NCBI RefSeq assembly: GCF_009914755.1
Contig: NC_060931.1
Direction: 5' to 3' (one strand)
Source of the DNA: the human T2T-CHM13v2.0 reference genome, Homo sapiens
DNA: 64,000 bases
The notes beneath the pieces are model-generated. The model was given only the letters and a program-made list of their open reading frames with translations. It searched no databases and was not told where the DNA came from. Positions 55,451 to 64,000 of the stretch are shown piece by piece; within the stretch, counting starts at the first letter, position 1, and the number at the start of each line of letters is the position of its first letter. A program made the position numbers and the translations under genes.

Positions 55451-56379
55451 GGAGGGTAAATAAATCACACTACATGAAGGAAATATCTGTTGGCATTGAG
55501 AGGGAAAAAAACTGACGAGGGAGGAGGATGGGGAACTAAAGGTGACTGTGAGCTCTTTGCTGCCTTTGCTCCAGTGTTCCAGGGCTTCCTTACTTTTTGC
55601 AAAGCTCCAGGATCTGTATCCTTGCTGTGCTTGAACAGAGTTCAGGCAGCAGGGCAAGGGGCAGGGAGAGCAAAGTGGGAAGTCAGAAATCAGAGCAGCC
55701 CCGCAGCAGGGAAACTGCAGTGGCTGAGAGTCACAACCCCACCCTCCTGGGAGCACTGGCAGGAGTGAGGTGCCCAGGAAGCAGACAGAGGGGGAGGCAG
55801 CCAGTAAGGGGGCCTCCACCTACTTTTCAAAGAATCAAGAAGTCACACTGAAAGAAAAAAGGATTTAGCCTCCTCTTACACAAGGTCTTCTGTCTTCCTT
55901 TGAAAATGACTTTAGAAAAGAAAAGACAAGGTTGAAAAGGAACACAAAAGAAAGTCAGACTCCTGCCTAGAGAGTTAAAAACATGTTGGAAGAGCCAGTA
56001 TAAATCAGCAGCTAATGCCAGTGCCTTTGGAAAGGACCCACTACCAGGGGTTCTGGAGGCTGGCCTGGTGACACTGTTTATTATCCCCAGAAAAAAAATT
56101 CTTGGAAGTAAGGGCATAAATTGAAAGGCAACTCAATGACCCTCCTTCCCTCTGCTTTCCATATTCATACCTTTCCATTTTTCTGGAATACAGTAACATC
56201 TCCATGTCAAGCCAAAATGCCATCTCTTCCATGAAGCATTTCCGGATCACCAGAAGGATACTTTCTCTACATAGCTCTTAGATGTCACTTGTATAGTATA
56301 TTCACTTACTCAACAGACACATATTGAATGTCTGCTATGTGCTAGGTATCTTTCTAGACACTAGGGATACAACAATTTA

Positions 56380-56734
<355 letters not shown>

Positions 56735-56770
56735 CTACTATAGTATATTGCACATTAAATTGGAGTTGTT

Positions 56771-57089
56771 GGCCGGGCAGGGTGGCTCACGCCTGTAATC
56801 CCAGCACTTTGGGATGCTGAGACAGGTGGATTGCTTGAGCATAGGAGTTCAAGACCAGCCTGGGCAAAATGGTAAAACACTGTCTCCACCAAAAACACAA
56901 AATTTAGCAGGGTGTGGTAGCATGTGCCTGTAGTTCCAGCTACTCAGGAGGCTGAGGTGGGAGGATCACTTGAGCCCAGAAGGGCAAGGTTGTAGTGAGC
57001 TGAGATGGCACTAATGCACACCAGCCTGGGCAACAGAATAAGACCCTGTCTCAAAAGAAAAAGAAAAAGAAAAAAGAAAGAAAGAAAAA
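56771..57089 (+). mobile_element. AluJb
   Basis: GGATTGCTTGAGCATAGGAGTTCAAGACCAGCCTGGGCAA; GGAGGATCACTTGAGCCC; degenerate TSD TAAATTGGAGTTGTT / TAAAGTGAGTTATT. Confidence 0.9.
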
Positions 57090-57681
57090 TAAAGTGAGTT
57101 ATTGAAGTCTCCAACTATTATTGTTGAATTGTCTGTTTCTCCCTTCATTTCTGTCAGTTTTTGTTTCAAATATTTCAGTGACTCATATATTCAAATTGTT
57201 TTCAAAGGGATCTAAAAAAAGTGTGTCATGAGGTATTTCTTAAATTCCTGCTCATTTTTAACAAAATATAACAATTAGTAAAAGTAAAATAGATCAAGTA
57301 TTTCCTCATTTGACTTTAATTTGCCAAAAAATAATGTGTAGTGATGAAAGCTACAACATAATTAATAAATTAGTAAATAGTAACCACACTATTCAGAATA
57401 ACACTGCTCAATATAGAGAGTGGGTGAACAATACACTATTCCTTATACCAGGAAACTCCTAAAAAAGAGACTTGAGTTATAGGTTAGCTATTTCCTCATG
57501 GCAGACAAAACAGTTTCCATTATCCAGCTCATCTTTCCACCCTTTCTCCCTCTTCTCACTCCTTTTCTCTTATATTTAGCAAATATTTATTTTCTCATAA
57601 GCCTCAGAAAATCCTATCTGAAAGCAGGTATAAATTGAAAGCAGGTATAAAACATTCTTTGTAATTTGATTCCTTACTCAC

Positions 57682-58341
57682 TGTATTAGTCTGTTCTCAC
57701 GCTGCTAATAAAGGCATATCCGAGACTGGGTAATTTATAAAGGAAAGAAGTTTAATGGACTCACAGTTCTACATGCCTGGGGAGGCCTCACAATTATGGC
57801 AGAAGATGAAGGAGTAGCAAAGTCACATCTTACATGGCAGCAGGCAAGAGAGCTTGTGCAGGGGAACACCTCTTTATAAAACCATCAGATCATCTGGGCA
57901 CGGTGGCTGACGCCAGTAATCCCAGCACTTTTGGAGGCCAAGGTGGGAGGATCACCTGAGGTCAGGAGTTCGAGGCCAGCCGGGCCAACATGGTGAAACA
58001 CCATCTCTACTAAAAATACAAAAATTAGCTGGGGGTGGTGGCAGGCACCTGTAATCCCAGCTACTCAGGAGGCTGAGGCAGGAGAATTGCTTGAATCCAG
58101 AAGGCAGAGGTTGCAGTGAGCCAAGATCTCACCACTGCACTCCAGCCTGGGTGACAGAGTGAGACTCCATATCAAAACAAACAAACAAACAAACAAAGCA
58201 TCCGATCTCCTGAGACAGCAAGGGAAAGACCCGCCCCCATGATTCAATTACCTCCCACTGGGTCCCTCCCATGACATGTGGGAATTATGGGTGCTACAAT
58301 TTAACATGAGATTTGTGTGGAGACACAGCCAAGCCATATCA
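57682..58341 (-). mobile_element. THE1 (THE1B/C-like) solo LTR split by an Alu
   Basis: TGTATTAGTCTGTTCTCACGCTGCTAATAAAG...ACACAGCCAAGCCATATCA; perfect 5-bp TSD CTCAC (57677-57681 / 58342-58346). Confidence 0.93.
57893..58197 (+). mobile_element. AluSx nested in THE1 LTR
   Basis: GATCACCTGAGGTCAGGAGTTCGAG; (CAAA)n tail; TSD AAAACCATCAGATC / AAAGCATCCGATC. Confidence 0.92.
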
Positions 58342-59694
58342 CTCACCCTAATCAATCAACATTTCCTAAGTAGAATCACCTATGCTGAGCATTATGCCAC
58401 CCTTCTTCCAAGTGAACCAAATCTGGCCCTGTTCTGCCAACAAATCCTAGTCTGAAGCCAGAGCCATTTTCTAAATCTCATATTTCCTGCCTAAGTATGG
58501 GGGAGTCATGGGCTTAGCTATAAAAATTCCTAAGACTAGGGTGGTATGAGTGAATGCAGGCTGGGCATAGCAGAAATGTAGCTCTGGCATCATAATTTCA
58601 GAATCAGTGACATCCTTAGAACGAAGTGCCCCCATCAATCTAACAAAGGAAACAAAACCCCAGCTTAATGTTTGCTTTAAGTTGCCATGATTTTCCTACA
58701 GACTCAGTGCTGCAAGTCAATCTTTACAAGTGTTTTTTCAGCCTGGGGGCAAGAAAATAAACAAGACCCCAAGAAGTGTTAGGAAAGGAGAAGACTTTTG
58801 AAACTCTACTCCTCCTCAGATGTTCCGAGATACACTGCTCCCTCAAGAATCTTAGTGAGTAGCTGTGGTTATGATGGACATGTGTAATACCCCTTTGCAA
58901 ATGTTGGAATAAAAACAAAAATGAGAAACACTGATCTACCCTCACAAAAAATTTTGGCTCTTCTCAAGGATGATCTATATCCTATAGCTTCAGGACTAAA
59001 AACAGAAGCAGAGAGGTCACTAATTCATGTCATAACATCCAATTGCTCCGTCACCAATCTGCTGATCCTTTCACCAACCCACTGCATAACAGACGTTACA
59101 TGGCCTTAAAAAAATCCTAGAACTCTGATCAGAAATAAGTTTCATTCATTATTAATGCTAACCTTTCTTTTTTTATGGGAAAATGTTGTGAAATTGAATG
59201 AGAAAGACAGCAAATACACAGAGCAGATGCAACTCATTTCTGAGCCATGAACCGGACACAATACAAATTCACCTTTGCAGCTCTCTACCAACTGCTCATG
59301 CCCTCAGTAGAAAAAAAGTCATACATAATGTAGCAGTAAAACTGTTGACAGCATTCCATGGTCACAGAAGACCCCGCGAATTTGCTGCTGTGGACATGAG
59401 GATGTGATGTGCGAAGCAGGGCCTAATGAGATTTCGCATTTCTCTTAACAGTGTCCTGAAGGCAAGTTCTGGTACTTGCTTAACATCTGCAGTAATGTAA
59501 GGGATTATTGAAAGTAAGCTTTCTATTTCACACATTTTCTGTATCAGCTAAACACACATGCACTCACAAAATGCCATCATTTCCTTGTTAAATAATACTT
59601 AGATATTCAATTGTTCATGATCTTGGTAAACACATAAACAAATCATCTAGACTAGCGTGGCTCAAAATGCTCCTTTCAAACAAATATAAATTTA

Positions 59695-60017
<323 letters not shown>

Positions 60018-60037
60018 TTGTAAGTTTATTCAAATTA

Positions 60038-60205
60038 TGGATTCTTAAACTTCATGAATGACGGGGATGTAGTGGTTAATGTATGGGCTTTAGAGAGTTA
60101 TGAAACCATTTAGAATCACATATGCATTGCTATGGATGAGGAGTCCATGACTCTCATCAAATTTTCAAGAGGTGAAATAACTTCAGAAAGGTTAAGAATC
60201 ACTAA
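60038..60205. mobile_element. MER103C-like hAT relic
   Basis: GTCCATGACTCTCATCAAATTTTCAAGAGG...AAAGGTTAAGAATCACT. Confidence 0.55.
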
Positions 60206-60472
60206 TTTAGAGAAATAGGTGAATAGTCCAGTATATATTCAACTGTAATCTCATGACACAAGTAAGAAAAAGCAAACTATTATCAGTAATTTGTAGATGA
60301 CCATATTAAACCCACAAATGAATAGATCTGAAATATTGGCCGTGTGAATTCTACCATTCAATTGAGTCAAGAATTTATCATATGAAGAAACTGAAATAGA
60401 GAATGCAGGTTGAAGCAAAGATAGGTAAAATTCTTGGGGCAAAATTTTAGCAATGCATCTTTTACCCTTCAA

Positions 60473-60967
60473 AAATATAGCTTTATTAAGCTATAATATG
60501 AAATAAATAGCATATATTTAAAGTGTACAACTGGATAAGTTTTGACTTATGTAAACACCTGTTCTTTCCTTCCAGAGTCGAGTAGTTTCCTCAGGCACAT
60601 CAGCTGATCAGGACTCAGCTGACTACTTGAGGGGGCAGATCTCTAGAGGAGGCTCTCTGGGCAGCCCTTTTCTCTATTCTCTCTCCTACTTTATCCTAGG
60701 AACTCCAAATGCCTTGGTCTTCCCAGATTCTCAGCTCCATCACCTCAACCCAGGTAGTCTTCTGTGCTCTGTCTGGTTCCTCCTTTCTATGCTGCATCTT
60801 GAAAGTAAGCTGGGACAATGGTAAGGCTCACCTTGTTTCCCATCTCCCAGGGAACATATTGATAAAGTGCCTGATGCCCAGAGTCTTGTTTCATATATTT
60901 TGCCCTTTTTTATTGTTGTTGTTGCTTTTGTAGAAGGGTAAATCCTGACCCTGTTACTCCTCCCTGG
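60473..60967 (-). mobile_element. L1MC/L1M4-like element: 3' terminus directly joined to 5' region
   Basis: 60473-60562 resembles L1MC 3' end (AGCTTTATT...ATATTTAAAGTGTACAA...ATAAGTTTTGAC); 60563-60967 resembles L1M4/MC 5' sequence (GTAGTTTCCTCA...GCTGATCAG.ACTCAGCTGA...GGCTCACCTTGTTT). Confidence 0.65.
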
Positions 60968-61489
60968 CTTTTATCCTTTCAATAACTATCACACATCTAG
61001 AAGCCCCTTTACTCTTTAATACCAACCAAATAACTAGAACATATAATCCATAAACAACTTTAGCACCATTTACCTGTGCAGAAAGAAAAATAGCAGAGAG
61101 AAGATACCCCTGACTTTAACTTGCATATTTTTACTTGTCTTTCAAATTTTCCTTAATCATATCAGACATTTTCAGGGTTTATGATTATTTTTTGTCAAAA
61201 AGAAAACAAGAGGCTTAATTAAGGGAGTATTGAAATCAGCATATTTTAGAGAAAAACTTCTGAAATTTTGGTTACCTACAAATAACCATTACCAAATTAT
61301 CAGATTCTCCAAATAGGAATGGAAATGGTTCATCTATCTCTTTCATTCCTTCCTTCACCTACTCCCTCCTCCCACCATACTCATCCCCCATATCATCTGA
61401 AATATGTCAGTTATACCACTTCTTAGCTTCCAACACAGCACTTTGAACTTTGAACAAACCAGAAACTCAGGGGCCTATACGCACCAGGC

Positions 61490-61630
61490 AGGTGATGTAA
61501 ACAAGTAAAGTGGCTCACCACTTAATCTCTCTGAGATTCAGTTTCATTATCCATAAGATGTGGTTAGCCATGTCATCTACTTCCTAGAGTTGTTGTGAAG
61601 ATTAAATGAGAAAAAGTTTAATCTTGGTAA
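61490..61630 (+). mobile_element. MIR core
   Basis: CACTTAATCTCTCTGAGATTCAGTTTCATTATCCATAAGATG...AGAGTTGTTGTGAAGATTAAATGAGA. Confidence 0.8.
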
Positions 61631-62298
61631 ATCCTAGAGTTTTACACCAATAAAAGTCATTTTTACCAATAAGAATTATCAGAATTAAACAAGCTATTGT
61701 AATATCCAAAACTATGATCCTGAAAGCATAAAGATTACATCCAATATTTCTGTTTAGAGGTCATATATTAGAAATATTTCCATCTAAATAAAACAGGTTG
61801 CGCCTAAATGGTTAATTCTTAAACATCTAGAAAAGGCAGAGCAATGAAGCCCCTGAAAATAAAAAATAGGTAAAATTTTAATGTAGTTTTCATTCCACCA
61901 TGTAACCTGGCTTACACCTCTAATTACAAGACAGTCCTCTCTGGGAGGGTGATATGAGTTTCCTGCTTATTACTGTACTCCCTGCATCCAGCCCAGTGCT
62001 TAAGCCTAGTTGGGCATGATATTTATTGAAGAAATATATGAATGGATAGATGGCTAGATACATGGAATGAATGGTATGAATAACGAATCTCATTTTAACT
62101 AATTCTGTTTTAACATTGTTTTAAATCTGTTTTAACATTGTTTCCTCAGGAATGGAGTTTGGAATTCAGGTGGCTTTTTCTCAGATTACTTGAAGTTTGA
62201 GCAGTCCATGATTTATAATAGGCATATAACAAGTTCCCCGGGTGTTTAACATCATTAAATGTTCTTCTCTATCTGATAGATCCTTTTGCTAATATTAA

Positions 62299-62323
62299 AC
62301 ACACACACACACACACACACACA
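62299..62323. repeat. (CA)n microsatellite (~12 units)
   Basis: Seen directly. Confidence 0.97.
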
Positions 62324-62445
62324 AATTAGGAAAAATGTGAAAACAGAAGAATTGTTTTAGTGTCATTGTTATCAAACTCTCAAGTAGGACACATTTTTAA
62401 AAATAAAATAGAATTTGGTAAAACTAAGTCTATAACAGTCACAAC

Positions 62446-62533
62446 CATTGTGTAATTTTACCTTCATTCTACTACATTGTATAATTTTACCTTCATTCTA
62501 CTACATTGTGTAATTTTACTTTCATTCTACTAC
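62446..62533. repeat. Minisatellite, 29-bp unit x3
   Basis: CATTGTGTAATTTTACCTTCATTCTACTA x3 head-to-tail, with one substitution each in copies 2 and 3. Confidence 0.97.
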
Positions 62534-64000
62534 CTGAAGCAAATAATTTCAATTCCTAATCCAAGTAGTTAGAAGTTAATGATATCTTTTTGCTCCCTAT
62601 AAAACCTGGCAGCTCTATCTAAGATGGCGTGTCACAGAAAAATTTCGCCATTTAATCCTTAAAACAAAGTATCCCTTTGCTTCCCCTTATTGTAGAGGAG
62701 AGTGATGTTGACATAAAGATCAAACTATTTGCCCTCAAATGCCATTATGAGTGTATAACAGAGAGGGGAAAATGTGCAATTTAGATTAGATTATTGGGCT
62801 TCTAGCAGCCTCTCCCTGTGCCAATTATGGGCGACTTTCCATTTACATATAAATAGCTCGGAAATTCCAACACCAATGTACTTGAAAACACTGAATCAAG
62901 TAGTTCAGAAAAACATAAATTAGATGCATTTCAATTTAAGGTGTTTACAACAAGCACTCATTCAAGTAAATAAAAGAAATGGAATCAATTTTTATTACAG
63001 AAAGCAACATCTTTTTAAATTATTGAAATTATCCCCACACTGCTCTTAAACCCATCAAGATTTCTTTTGGCATGCTGTTAGTTTCTTTTGCAGGGGAAGA
63101 AAGGATTAAGTAGTTGTATACAGTTGTAGTGTAATGTGGGGGTAGATAATGCTGGTTTTTTATTTCCTCTTTTTTTCTGTGTAAGTCAGAGATGCCTCTT
63201 GAGCTACCTGGGGCCTTACAAAAGACGTAAATAAAACCAGATACACTTTTTCAACATAACTTGCTTTTATCTCTCTGGATAATCCAGTTTAAGTTTTCTG
63301 TCCTTGTCACATTCTCTCCCACTGAAAGACATCTTAGAATGAGTGTAACTTCATTAGCAGTCTCTAACTGCTAACTCACCACAGATTAACCACTCTGTTT
63401 ATTGATCTATTGCTTATAAAGAGCCACTTCAACGCCCACTGCAGTTTCTCAAATGGATTTGATACATGGTATAAACAAACAACTCAGTATGGTAGAGAAC
63501 AAACAATATTGTATATCACTGGTAAGGGCTGAGTTCTCATTTGCTGAATTCTCTTGAGGGTCTAGACAGATACAAGAGAAACGAAGGCTGATGTTGTGTT
63601 GCTTATGTATTGTAATAATATTAGTGATGTTATATATTTTACAAAATACATCACAATTATTTGTTCTTTGAATATCTAAAAATATTTAGTTCACTGAATT
63701 TCACAGATAAAATAGCACAATCTAAAATGACTAGAATGACTCAATAATGATGTGGTTGCGGGAAGGAGGCAGAGAGAAAAAGAAACACTAATTTTATGTG
63801 AATGAAACTGCAGACCATTTTCTGTCACTGGGACGGCTAAAGTCATTTAGTGGGAACTTCCTGGTTTCTTCTCGGAGGGGATTCTGGAGGTACACAGGGT
63901 AGAAATGCTCTTGGTCTACAGACACAGTGAAGAGCTTGCAAAAATGACTACTATGCAAGTTTCATTTTCGACTGATAAATGGTAGAGATTATTGAGTATC

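Noticed and set aside
55795-55820. CTCF-like CCAGTAAGGGGGCC
   Set aside because: An extra base breaks the core spacing; poor match.
62446-62533. 29-bp repeats as a CRISPR array
   Set aside because: No spacers (head-to-tail tandem), primate DNA, no cas genes.

Overview
AT-rich, CpG-poor primate genomic DNA. It is catarrhine and most plausibly human or ape, since it carries AluJ/S/Y including an AluYd3(Yc3)-type copy, plus L1PA and THE1/MST LTRs. I could not recognise any protein-coding exon, RNA gene, CpG island or named gene, so the window reads as deep intron or intergenic sequence. It holds about 13 Alus, many ancient L1M/L2/MIR/MaLR/ERVL/hAT relics, microsatellites and small tandem duplications. 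The ORF-track entries look like chance or repeat-derived ORFs. The most unusual items are: (i) a ~110-bp unique segment at ~54.5 kb where paired E2-boxes abut four miR-200-family seed matches/T-box-like motifs; (ii) a ~690-bp TA-rich tract containing a perfect 52-bp palindrome; (iii) several atypical retrotransposition footprints (L1 3' end fused to an L1 5' region between apparent TSDs, an L1PA stub with a non-L1 tag, a tail-less Alu with intact TSD, stacked Alus sharing one target site); (iv) candidate cryptic exons, a micro-exon and a recursive-splice motif, mostly on the minus strand. Repeat subfamily calls are from recalled consensus sequences and the boundaries of old repeats are approximate. 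No convincing new biological system is demonstrated by the sequence alone.
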